A stretch of 64,000 bases of DNA from Eledone cirrhosa (taxonomy: Eukaryota). Location of the stretch: assembly GCA_964016885.1 (NCBI GenBank), contig OZ024744.1, forward strand, positions 88,350,001 to 88,414,000, given 5' to 3'. This document shows, piece by piece, positions 1 to 11,211 of the stretch. Under the pieces are notes generated by a model, which was given only the letters and a program-made list of their open reading frames with translations, ran no database searches and was not told the origin of the DNA. The position numbers and the translations under genes were made by a program. Each line of letters starts with the position of its first letter. The first letter of the stretch is position 1.

Positions 1-258
1 TATATTAGAGAATGCAGTACTTCAATCAGGGCTTCATTAAGTCTTGTGAGACAATGGATTGCACGTGTAAATTTAATCTCTTAGGTGTAGGCCCGGTCAA
101 ATGATTTTTTGAAAATTTTCTTGATAACCAGCAATCACCCATTTCAATAAGTCTTCCCTTTATACGTCCCAGAATTTCAGGGATGTACTTAGGGTAATAT
201 ATTAAAGAGGATATTTGAAAGAAACTAAGCGAAAAGTTATAAGCTTGAAAGATTACTT

Positions 259-565
259 CAGGGGTTCTCAAATATGTTGAGCCACTACCCACCTCAGGGC
301 CACGCATCTTGCAAATTGTAAATAATATATAATAAATGAAATCGCTAATTTATATATAATAAATATATACTATATATAAATAAATATTATATATTATTTA
401 TTTTACTATATTTATATATGATACGTAGCGTTTGATGTTTAGTATATTATTATATCATCTGGACCGCTCCCACCACACCGTCAGACCAATCCCTTAGGCA
501 TCAGTATCCCCTGGATCTTCTCAACGCCACCCAGGATGCGATAGCTTCCACTTTGAGAACCTCTG
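259..565. mobile_element. hAT-type MITE
   Basis: Terminal inverted repeats CAGGGGTTCTCAAA (259) and TTTGAGAACCTCTG (565), one mismatch. Flanks gattactt/gtctactt resemble an eroded 8-bp TSD. Confidence 0.7.
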
Positions 566-942
566 GTCTACTTGATTGATGCAAACAGGTGATCACTTAA
601 TATTACAACCATGAGGACAACAATAGGCCACATTGCAAAATTACTTGGACAAATGTGATTGTATTATCAAAGATTTAGTTGCAGGATAAAATAATCAAAC
701 ATTACGTTTCAACTTTGCTTGTTCATCGAGTCAAACTAAAACTGTAACTTACTACAAAAACCTACACATAATTACAGCAACCACTGTTCAATTTAAGTAC
801 AACAGTTGCAATCACACAGCTATAGACTTAATTAACTCTTTTGATACCAAACTCTTTTTCTACAATACATAGCTGTTTATTTTAATAAAGGTTTTGTACA
901 AATTTTATCTAAGAAATTTTAAGTCTTCCAAACAACATCTAA

Positions 943-1125
943 ATAATTGTTTCTACTTTTGGCACAAGGCCAGCAATTATATCAGTGCATTACTGGTATT
1001 TTATTTTATCGACCCCATAAGGATGAAAGACAAAGTTAACCTGGGCGGGATTTGAATTCAGAGCATAAAGAACCATAGCTCTATGCTGCAAAGCATGGTG
1101 TCTGATGCTCTGCTGATACTGCCGA
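943..1125 (-). mobile_element. tRNA-derived SINE (family A, Meta/MESC-like central domain)
   Basis: Reverse complement of the recurring unit: A-box TGGCAGTATCGG, B-box GAGTTCAAATCC, then CTTTGCCTTTCATCCTTACGGGGTCGATAAAATAAAGTACCAG and tail CCTTGTGCCAAAAGTAGAAACAATTATT. Confidence 0.85.
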
Positions 1126-1197
1126 ATGAAAGTTAGTTGTTTTATTAAAGGCTTCAGATTCTTATTTTCGAAATTTTTTAGATAGTATATTCAGTGA

Positions 1198-1352
1198 AGG
1201 CGTGTGGTTGATTGGTTAAAGAACTGGATTCACAATCGTGAGGTTGTCCTTGAGCAAGACACTTTATTTCACGTTGCTCCTTCTACCTGGAGTTGCGAGC
1301 GATAGATAGTATTAGCAACGGGAAAGTCGGTCCGATTTGACGAAAAGTCCAT
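1198..1352 (+). mobile_element. tRNA-derived SINE (family B, CORE-like domain), internally deleted
   Basis: tRNA-like head GGCGTGTGGTTGATTGGTTAAAG followed by CCTTGAGCAAGACACTTTATTTCACGTTGCTCC. Related copies at ~37860-38005(-), 40088-40220(+), 51770-51855(-). Confidence 0.7.
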
Positions 1353-1433
1353 CAACATAATTAGTTAGTCAGTGTATTTCCTTAGAAATTTGGTAATGGA
1401 ATGGTCAATATAACAAGGTATATAGCATTATCA

Positions 1434-1615
1434 TTGGCAGTATCGGTAGAGGGTCGGACACCATGCTTTGAAACAAAGAGTTACAGCCCTTTATGGTCTG
1501 AGTTCAAATCCCGCCGAAGTTAACTTTGCCTTTCATCCTTATGGGGTCGATAAAATAAAGTACCAGTAATACACTGGGGTAATTGCTGGTCTTGTGACAA
1601 AAGTAGAAACAATTA
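1434..1615 (+). mobile_element. tRNA-derived SINE family A, near full length
   Basis: TTGGCAGTATCGGTAGAGGGTCGGAC...GAGTTCAAATCCCGCCGAAGTTAACTTTGCCTTTCATCC...GTAGAAACAATTAT. Confidence 0.88.
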
Positions 1616-1853
1616 TCATTGTATCGGTCACACACTAGTGAAAATGAATGCACTAGACGAAAGAAAAAGTTCATTAGAGTATCTACGGCTAGAAAATCAT
1701 AAAGAATCAACCAAAAATCCAGCACCTTTTACATTAGTCGATGACGTGGTGTCTATAATTAAAACAAATAAATAAAATCTGCTAAGAAGACATTTTCTTT
1801 TAAGGGAGCAGTATCTATACAATTACATATATTAAAGCGGATGTTAATATATA

Positions 1854-2254
<401 letters not shown>

Positions 2255-3329
2255 AATCATACAGGTGTACACACAACATGCTAGTTCATACCCACAATGC
2301 TATAAACTATCTAATTATCTAATTACTTCAGATTACTTACAAAAAAAAAAAAACTTGCTCGAACATTATTCAACATAATATTCAAAAAGATAAACATATA
2401 TATATACACACAACTATTGGTTGCTGCTGTTGTTGTTGTTGTTGTTGTTTTTCTTCACTCTTCCGCTATTTATAATTTATTATGCTTCTTTGTTATCCCC
2501 CATGCCTGCTCTTACAAAAGCCATTCGAGAAATTATCATTGATATTACAAGCTATGAGGATTAGCGGACTAATTTAATGTGTTAAACCCACAGCTACTCG
2601 GTAGCTTAAATGATGTATAATTACTATTCTATTATCTCCAACGGCAATGTTTGAATCAAGCCTCTCTGTTTGAAAACACTACAGGCTATGAATCATCTCA
2701 TCTCATTCGATTGTATTCTTTTCTTCAATCTGAGAAGTATATTCTTGATCTCTAATGATTTTCCCATAAAAGCTTTCAAAGATACTTTTCATAACAGCTA
2801 CTGATTAATAATAGTGTTGCAGCGTTTGCTGTTTTACTAGATATTATGTTATGTATAGCACAAGGCTGGCTTCTCAATTCAGATTATATTCTGCTTATTT
2901 TTGTTATATATATCGGTGGTTGGTCGGGGGACGGAGTTGTATCAGATTCCAGTTGCTAATCACTTTACTGTGTCGGCCGTTACATATAGTCATAGCCGGC
3001 ATGGACTGGGGTTGAACTCTGTCGATCGATTGGTTATTGATTAGGCGATACCCACATGCGCCGATTATGCATTGGTGCATAATATATGCAGACAGAGGGT
3101 GCAGTGCACCATATTGCTGCAGTAAGTGTGGCCGAAACTCGAGTCCGGGAACTAATATAGACACCCGTTTACGTGTGTAGAGTTGAAGCGAATAACTATG
3201 TGTATACTCTGGAATGTATTCTACATTATCTATTGAGTACGCTGAAATACAACCGGTCCTGCCATTGTTAAATACGCATGGTCCGTCCGTCAACTTCTTA
3301 TATATATATATATATAATAAGAAGTTGAC

Positions 3330-3582
3330 GGACGTTGCGTATATACAATGCAACGGGAGGAAACAATAGCACCACTGACGATGTTGCAGATGTGCAACGA
3401 AAGGTTTATGATAAACTATATATATGTGTTTGTGTCTATATTGTATCTGTACTATTTTTGACCGTCGGTCAGTCAATGGCAACACTGAGGACCGAGTATC
3501 ATAGATTACCGATATAAAAGACACAGAAGCGAAAAGCGAAAACCAACCAAACAGTGAGTGTGTTCTGTGTTCTGTTATTAAT
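3330..3582 (+). mobile_element. Non-coding dispersed repeat with degraded hammerhead (Penelope pLTR-like)
   Basis: Homologous to 24055-24290 on the opposite strand. Contains CTGACGA-t-gttgca/tgcaac-GAAA (3375-3402), but stems I and III are eroded. Confidence 0.55.
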
Positions 3583-3620
3583 TCTGGCAATATTACACAA
3601 ATATGACCCTCCCCAAGTAT

Positions 3621-3707
<87 letters not shown>

Positions 3708-3729
3708 CGTGTGTGTCCCAATTAAGTAA

Positions 3730-3885
3730 ATCCCAGTACTTGACTGGTACTTTATTTATCTTATCCACCCCGGAAGGATGATTAGACAAAGGTTGATCCT
3801 GGCATGATTTGAACACAGAACATAAAGAACCTGGTAGAATACTACTGTGGCATTTTATCAGGCTCTCTACTCGTTCTGCCCATCC
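3730..3885 (-). mobile_element. Diverged SINE family A copy
   Basis: cccagtacttgactggtactttattt...cccggaaggatga...aaggttgatcctggcatgatttgaac matches the reverse of the family consensus. Confidence 0.7.
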
Positions 3886-4217
3886 ACGACACATTTGCAT
3901 TTCAATAATATCTATATATTACTAAAAGTCTGTGTTTGCTTGCTTGTAATGTCATACAGCCAAAATAGCGCATAATGGGAAAATACTTTAAATGCAAGTT
4001 GCCCCTGAAATGGGTATACAAATGGAATAAAACAAGTTTCGTGTAAATCGGAGCACGTGTTCCCGAGATATGGGTTTCTTCCGGGTTCCTTCATAAACAA
4101 AGAAAGAGAAAGATAGAGAAGAAGAACTAGTGGTTGTGACAGAGTAAATTGAAAGAGGGACATAGAGAGAGGGAGAGAAGACAGAGAAGGAGAATGGAAG
4201 AGAGTTGGTGGTGTTGT

Positions 4218-4311
<94 letters not shown>

Positions 4312-4327
4312 ATATATATATATATAT

Positions 4328-4934
4328 GTCAGGTCACCAGTTGGTGCTACTGGTAACATGTATCCCAGTACAACCTGTCTCATGGTCGGGTCGTTGGCGA
4401 CTAAACTGGCAACTCCACCAAGGTTTCTTGTTGAGGAGGGTGACTTTGGACATCCTGCAGGACTAAAAACAAAACCTGTCAAAGGGCAAAGAACTCTTAA
4501 GAGTCAATGACCATCCAAAATCACCGGGAGAGATGATCCCTTAACCTTTGTCAAGGCAGAATTCTAGGAGAAGGAAAACTCTGATATAACACCTGCAATC
4601 CTGATGGTATCCAATGATGTTGACTTGTTCTTCTTTTTGGTAAATATCATCTTGGTTAAGAGAGTGGGACTGGCTTTGTGCAGTGCCTTTGCTCACTATA
4701 AAAGCTTCACGGCACAGGCATTGCTTTATATATGGAGATCTCTCTGCACTTGTCGTCACATGGTACCAAGGGCCCAGCACTATGTGTCAATAATTGTCAC
4801 AAGTGTAGTGTCTGTACCAGAGTTTTCAAGTCGCTGGCTGGACTAAAAAGTCACACTCGTTCAGCGCATCGGTAGGGGTTCTCCTACATGGATATAAAGT
4901 AGTGGCCGTACTCGAAAACGAGTTGGCAGCCACC
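4328..4934 (+). mobile_element. RTE-derived non-autonomous element (5' UTR joined to 3' end)
   Basis: 5' part homologous to 55020-55242(-) and 59530-59700. Ends GGCCGTACTCGAAAACGAGTTGGCAGCCACCA, like the RTE-type 3' ends at 55320-55353(-) and 59844-59880(+) that precede (GTAT)n tails. Confidence 0.6.
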
Positions 4935-6566
4935 ATATATATACAAATATAATTTCAGCGAGATCGTATTTCGGCTGTGGTCAAAAACAAGGCGAAACAC
5001 AATTTTCGAGATTTGCGGCAAGCGTTCAATGGACTAAAAGAAGACCAGAGCAATTAACATACGTTATAGAGGCCAGGCGAACTGAAATCGGCGGTCATGA
5101 AGCTATCAGCCACCGGAGCCAAAAAGACGAAAGAAGCTAAACAGGTTAATCAATATATATCTATATATGCACTGAGATGGACCAGGCATCCTATCTAGGG
5201 GAAAGTTTTGTACTCTCAGTCGCTTCACGCCACACAAACCGGGATAAGTACCTACCTGATGAACCTTCAGACTCGAAACAAATTTTAGACATAAATTGAA
5301 GAAAAAGAGAAGAAACATAAGCAAATTAGAAAATTGAAATTGCATTTGGAACAAGACTTCAAATTCAACCACAGTTTAAGTTTGAATTTGTTTTGATAAT
5401 TAATTTCAGGATTTTATTTTCATTGTGAAAAAAAAGTATTTAGAGTTTGTTTGTTGTTTTATTTTTTATTCTGGTGGCCATTTTCTATCTATTACAATAT
5501 AATTATTTAAATTTGAAATGTCAGAATACAAAGGTAGAAACTAACTACAACAAAAAAATTTATCGTTATAGATAACAATAGCGTTAGAAAATCGGGTAAA
5601 ATACCGTTGAGGACAAAAACAAAATAGCCAGCAGCCATTACTAATTGTAGCGAGATCGACTGTTGTTAAATTTATTTGCTTCGCTTGGATTCACAGATAT
5701 CAATTTTCAAATCATCCAAGCGCCTCGATAAATCATATCATTTCTAATTTAAATTTTTCAATTTCAAATTTCAAATCTAATTATTTCCATCGCACACTTT
5801 GCGACTTGGTCACCAACAGTGCAACAAAAATGTTGACACCAGAACATATAGGATAAATGTAAATTAATTTTAACGGTTTTTGTGTTTTTTGAATGGCTTC
5901 AGTTTCAACACACCGTCTCAAATCAAATCACTTGCCAAACACGTAACTCTCTGAAATCCATCAATATAAAACTGAAATAAAAAGCAAAGGAAGTTGTTTG
6001 AATCAAATTTGGCACAAACTGATAAAGGCACAGGCTAATTAGTTTTATCTTTCTTTCTTTAATTTAATCAAAATGCTTTGGCTTCGCATTTCATTAAAAT
6101 CAATAAAATAAATATACAAGACACAGCAGTGTATTATATTTCTCTTCTGCTAATCTTAAACATATCTTGTGACTAAGAAATCATTATTTTAATTATTAAC
6201 GCATATTTAGCACAATGATGAAAAGCTAAAAGTTTTGTTAACCCTATTACAAGAAAAAGAGAAATAAGTAAATAAATAATGACAAGACAAGGGAATGACT
6301 GAAAACGAAAGAGAGAAAGAGAGAAAGAGAGAGAGGTGGGGACTAGCGTGTATCGAAATGTGCTTTTGAGTTATTTCATTTTGCTACGATAATTTTATAA
6401 TATATCTGTTTACAAACCTGACCCTACATAACCACACATTTAATTATCGTACTCATTTCACGCTTCTCCTCAAATGAAACAATTAGTCTCAACTGATACT
6501 GTTTGTCAAATTGTAACTTTCACGTCTCACATCCTTTAGACTGGTAATTTCTTTGTTGTTTTGTTC

Positions 6567-6676
<110 letters not shown>

Positions 6677-6859
6677 GTAGCTACCCGCACCCTCCACTTA
6701 TCATGGGTCATTTTCCCATAATACAAGGGCTGGAAATAATTCTGGAAAATGCATATTAAGATATGGAGTATGGAGTATGGACACCAAAAGGACTAAAAAA
6801 AGAGATGAGGTGCCGTTGCAATATACGCCATACACTATATATACATATACACACACACA

Positions 6860-7155
6860 GCGTCATAATGTCGTAATGCAAACAGTCAGACATACAGACA
6901 GATATTATAAGGGCGCAACGTTATATCTATGTATCTATCTAAAAAGAAAAACTAAGAATTATAGAGAGAGATCGCTAAATCGCTAAATCGCCCAATACGG
7001 TCCCTAGTGCATTGAAAATTTGAAATATTTTTTGCTTAAAACACTCACACGACCATATGTATTACATGTGTAAAGTTTGAAAACAATCACTTGAGTGGTT
7101 CTCGAGTTTTAAGGAGTCAGACAGACAGACATTCTCTGTTTTAGATATGTAGATG
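6860..7155 (-). mobile_element. Helitron-like non-autonomous element fragment
   Basis: Reverse complement of 48642-48900; starts TCTACATATCTAAAACAGAGAATGTCTGTCTGTCTG. Confidence 0.5.
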
Positions 7156-7562
7156 ATGTGGTAATTAAGAACAATCTAACTTTATACCAAAATTTATTTG
7201 ATTATATATGTATATATATGTATGTATTCCAAATATTCCTTGTATGTATGTATATATTTTGTAAGTAGGTGTGTGCACATGTATGTGTATGTGTATGCAT
7301 ATATTAAATAGTTATGCGTATGTATAAACGAATATGCGCGCGCGTATGTGTATATTATATGCGTATAAACGCGAGTATATGTATGTATACAATTTTGCGG
7401 GCGCATGCAAATGCACCTTCGCTTACATTAGTACATTTACACATGTACATGAGTAAATGAATACATGTTTTAATACCCTATATCCTCGTTTACGCATGCT
7501 TCCCTACCGCTCAGCGCATATTTATGTACGAGCCTAAATCCTATAATGTTCCCATCATTATT

Positions 7563-8054
7563 GATTTCTTTATTAGCCACAAGGGCGCAACAAGAAAGGG
7601 GACAATACAAAGACATGCCGGGGATTTTACATACAGTCGTGTAAAAAATATAAAAACAAACAATTTCAACAATCGAAATCCCCAATAGGGGGGAGGCGCC
7701 ACAAATGGGTTGTTTAATACCCCGTCGATAGAACAACCCTCAACTCAAGGAGCGTGTTGTGCAAGTGCTCCTTTCTTCCTTTTGCTCTCTTCCTCAACCT
7801 ACAGGCTTATAAACAGAGAAGGCCCAATCACTCGGGCCATTTTCGCTTCATTCACCCACCTTTCAGTAAATTTACTGGGGTGCAGTGCCTCTCTCTCCAC
7901 CCTGATTCTTCTTCTAAAGTGATACTTAAAGAATGGAATCAATTGTTGTCCGGAGAGAAAGGCATCTGTCCTCAGTCCTCTCAACCTCGTCCACCATATA
8001 ACTTCTTTCACCATAGCCACTGTACAGAGGAAAACCGCCTCTCTTTCGTTTTTG
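7563..8054 (-). mobile_element. 5'-truncated Tx1/L1-clade LINE 3' fragment with 18-bp TSD
   Basis: Encodes AVFLCTVAMVKEVIWWTRLRGL...FFKYHFRRRIRVERE, homologous to the ORF2 C-terminus of the 17-23 kb element. TSD AATGTTCCCATCATTATT at 7545-7562 and 8055-8072. Confidence 0.9.
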
Positions 8055-8081
8055 AATGTTCCCATCATTATTATTACTTTG

Positions 8082-8402
8082 TCTGAGTTCAAATCCCGCC
8101 GAGGTTAACTTCGCCTTTCATCCTTACGGGGTCGATAAAATAAAGTACCAGTAATGTACTAGGTATGTTGCTGGCCTTGTGCCTAAAGTAGAAACAATTA
8201 TTTTTACTTTGAGGTGGATTAGCAGTATCGGTAGAGGGTCAGACGCCTTGCTTTGCAGCATAGAGTTAGGGCCCTTTACGGCCTGAGTTCAAATCCCTCT
8301 GATGTTAACTTTGCCTTTCATCCTTACGGGGTCAATAAAATAAAGCACCTGTAATGTACTGGGGTAATTGCTGGCCTTGTGACAAAAGTAGAAACAATTG
8401 TT
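8082..8402 (+). mobile_element. Two tandem SINE family A copies (partial 8082-8200, full 8212-8402)
   Basis: Repeated GAGTTCAAATCCC...GCCTTTCATCCTTACGGGGTC...GTAGAAACAATT. Confidence 0.85.
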
Positions 8403-8732
8403 ATTACTTTTATAGATATTGGTGCCTTCAACTTTTTTGTTTAATCATTTTTCTTTTATTTACATAATTTTTAAGACATGGTAGCTGGAAATCATTCGGC
8501 TATTCTAAAAAGCATATTACTCTCCTGATTTTTTCCTAGCATAAATTATTATTTTCGCTCCACATAATGACGTAATTATCCTCGCATGTTTTTCGCCCAT
8601 CACCGGAGAATGTCTTCACAAACCAATGTTATGTCATTCTGTTTTCTTTCCGTTGTAACGTTTTTATTGTTTTTATTTTATTTATTTATTTTTTTTAATA
8701 TTTACTTCATCGTCTACATATTGATTTTTCTC

Positions 8733-8783
8733 AGTTCCAGACGATCCCGTATCGGGGAAATGCAGAAATTATTTGCTTAAACT
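8733..8783 (+). ncRNA. Hammerhead-like motif with CAGACGA core variant
   Basis: agttc-CAGACGA-tccc gtatc ggg-GAAA-tgcag..ttgc-TT-aaact. Homologues at 49136-49186(+) and a partial copy at 33360-33400(-). Confidence 0.4.
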
Positions 8784-8881
8784 TTAATCTGCACAGATTA
8801 TAAATATTTGCTCTACGAGTTTATATATAATTTTTATCGAGCCCTCTTCGGATTTTGGTCTTTGAATTTATTATTATTATT

Positions 8882-9250
8882 ATTTGAAAAGGAAAATCGG
8901 GGTAGAAAGGGAAATGCTCTCTTCCCAGCATGTTGTTGAAAGATGGGTGAGAGAGGCAAGAATGGCCCGAGTGAATGGGCCTACTCTGAGTATGTGTCTG
9001 TAAATTAAAGGTGGAAAACTGGGAGAGGGCACTTACCCTGGTGGTCAGGGTCACTGTGGATTTTTAATGGGCTTTCTCCACCAATGTCCCTCGGAAGTCT
9101 CCCCCCTATTGGGGAATTTTTTCATTGTTCTATTATTACATCCTCTGTTTCTTTGTTTTACACGCAGAAATGCCCATTTGTACCGTCCTGTATTGTCCTG
9201 CACTGTCCTTAATGTCTACTTTATGTAAATCCTTGTGGCTAATAAAGAAA

Positions 9251-9253
<3 letters not shown>
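8882..9253 (+). mobile_element. 5'-truncated Tx1-clade LINE 3' end
   Basis: Nearly identical to 22546-22931, ending AATAAAGAAATC-(ATT)n; preceded by an ATT tract. Confidence 0.92.
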
Positions 9254-9300
<47 letters not shown>

Positions 9301-9302
9301 GT

Positions 9303-11211
9303 TGTTATTCCTTGAATCTCAGTCATTGATGTTGGTTAACTGGAAAGTCCGTTGGATTGAATATCAAGCCACTACCTGCAACCTCAGATATTCAGGACGT
9401 ATCGGAGGGTTCTTGCTGTTCCAAGCAAGCATGCCTTTTGAAGCGTTCCAAAAAGCGTGAAGGGGCCGATTTTCTTTAACCATCCCTGGAAACTTTTGGA
9501 GATAGTCCCCAGTGCGCCTATGACAATCGGGATCACTTTGACTTCATGGCAGTTCCAAATCCTTTTCACCTCCCACTTTAGGTCCTGGTATCGGTTAATT
9601 TTCTCCCTCTCCTTCTCTTGCACTCTCGTGTCGAAAGGGCAGGCCACATCCACAATCAGACACGATCTTTTTTCTTTGTCCACAACCACCAGGTCAGGTT
9701 TATTGTGTTCCAGTTTTTTGTCCGTCTGTATCCTAAAATCCCACAGCACCTTCACCTGATTGTTCTCCATCACCGCCTCTGGCCTATGCTCATACCATTT
9801 CTCAGAATGTGGTAAATTGTTTACTTTGCACAGGTGCCAGTGGATCACCCTGCCCATCACATCGTGTCTCCAGCCCTTATAGTGGGTCTGGGCTAGGTGT
9901 TTACACTCGGACACAATGTGAGCCACAGTCTCCTCTCTCTCTCCACAGATCCTGCACAGTGGGCTAGCCTCCTCCTTGTAGATATGGTGCTTCAACCACT
10001 TCGTTTTGAGGGCCTGCTCCTGCGCAGCCATTAGCATTCCTTCTGTAGCCTTTTTGAGGTCTCCTCTTCTCAACCAGTTCCATGTCTGTGGATCTCTAAA
10101 TTCAGTTTTCTCAAAGAAGGTACTATGAAGGGATTTTCCCTTAAGGCTGCTCTTCCTCCTTGATGTTATTTCCTCCTTGGACATCCCCTGGCCTACTGTC
10201 CCCTCCTTCAATACAGTTCTGAGCATTGGCTCCTTACTATAGGTCACGTATTTGTATAGGTTGTTTTTCTCCATCTGAACACAGTCCTCTATGCTGATAA
10301 GACCTCTTCCACCCTCAGATCTCCTTAGGTAGAGTCTATCGACATCACTCCTCTTGTGGAACATGTTGTAGATAGTCAATAGCTTCCTAGTCTTCCTATC
10401 CATTTCTTTTTGTTCAGCAACATTCCATCTCAGAATTCCCGCACTGTACCTAATAATAGACACAGCTCGGGAATTTACTGCGCTTATGGCATTTCTGCTG
10501 TTCAGATGGGACTTCAATACGCTCCTTATTCTCCGAATGTATTCAGTTCTTAACAATTCCTTCATTTTTTTGTTCTTTATGCCATCAGCCTCCAGAACGC
10601 CCAAATACTTGTATCCTTCCTCAGAGTCAATTTCCTTTATCATCTCACCTGTTGGTATCTGGATCCCGTTACTTCTGCTCAACCTACCCCTCTTCATCAC
10701 AATGACTCCACATTTACCAATACCAAACTGCATACATATATCACTGCTGAAAATACGGACAGTGTCAACAAGCACATCCAACTCCTTCTCACTTTTCCCG
10801 AAGAGCTTAAGATCGTCCATGAAGAGGAGGTGATTGATGGTAAGCTCTCCCCTTCCCAACTTGTATCCTGCTCTCACTTTTCGCAGCATAATGGTCAAGG
10901 GCATCAGGGCAAGGACAAACAACAGAGGGGACAGGCTATCTCCCTGGAAGATACCTCTCTTGATCTTCACGCTTCCCAATGATACTCCAGTTGATGTCAA
11001 CTCTGTCTCCCAGGACCCCATACTCCTGCCTAGCAACTGTCTGATGTTATCTGCCACCCTGAAGATCTCCAGGCTTTTGGTGATCCAGGAATGAGGCACC
11101 ATGTCAAATGCCTTTCTGTAGTCTATCCATCCCATGGCAAGATCAGTGTGTCTCCTCCTGCAATTCCCCATTACCATCTTATCAATAAGTAACTGGTCCT
11201 TTGTACCACGT
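9303..11211 (-). mobile_element. Dong/R4-clade RLE LINE, 5'-truncated, inserted in (TAA)n
   Basis: TAA/ATT repeats at both ends; carries the RT, CCHC and RLE ORF listed next. Confidence 0.9.
9384..11177 (-). CDS. Reverse transcriptase + CCHC + restriction-like endonuclease (R4/Dong), N-terminally truncated but uninterrupted
   Basis: WIDYRKAFDMVPH, GIFQGDSLSPLLF, HLLFMDDLKL, CRICGEREETVAHIVSEC, RHD, KPDLVVVD...IVDVACP...KINRY, VIPIVIGALG. The frame continues upstream as RGTKDQLLIDK. Confidence 0.92.
   Translation of the reverse strand: MVMGNCRRRHTDLAMGWIDYRKAFDMVPHSWITKSLEIFRVADNIRQLLGRSMGSWETELTSTGVSLGSVKIKRGIFQGDSLSPLLFVLALMPLTIMLRKVRAGYKLGRGELTINHLLFMDDLKLFGKSEKELDVLVDTVRIFSSDICMQFGIGKCGVIVMKRGRLSRSNGIQIPTGEMIKEIDSEEGYKYLGVLEADGIKNKKMKELLRTEYIRRIRSVLKSHLNSRNAISAVNSRAVSIIRYSAGILRWNVAEQKEMDRKTRKLLTIYNMFHKRSDVDRLYLRRSEGGRGLISIEDCVQMEKNNLYKYVTYSKEPMLRTVLKEGTVGQGMSKEEITSRRKSSLKGKSLHSTFFEKTEFRDPQTWNWLRRGDLKKATEGMLMAAQEQALKTKWLKHHIYKEEASPLCRICGEREETVAHIVSECKHLAQTHYKGWRHDVMGRVIHWHLCKVNNLPHSEKWYEHRPEAVMENNQVKVLWDFRIQTDKKLEHNKPDLVVVDKEKRSCLIVDVACPFDTRVQEKEREKINRYQDLKWEVKRIWNCHEVKVIPIVIGALGTISKSFQGWLKKIGPFTLFGTLQKACLLGTARTLRYVLNI

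Noticed and set aside
26-307. 93-aa minus-strand ORF as a host gene
   Set aside because: Starts inside a MITE; no recognisable domain or convincing splice structure.
5256-5280. CTGATGA...GAAA as a hammerhead (similarly 33489, 40606, 46667)
   Set aside because: No supporting stems I-III or properly placed GAAA and NUH.
5870-5995. Possible minus-strand terminal exon after TTTTTATTTCAG (FYIDGFQRVTCLASDLI*)
   Set aside because: Only an acceptor-like site and 17 codons; no partner exons or homology.
8735-8787. Paralogous small exons PDDPVSGKCRNYLLKL* and [16 protein letters not shown] (49138-49190)
   Set aside because: A third copy at 33250-33400 on the other strand and a hammerhead-like fold show this is a dispersed repeat.
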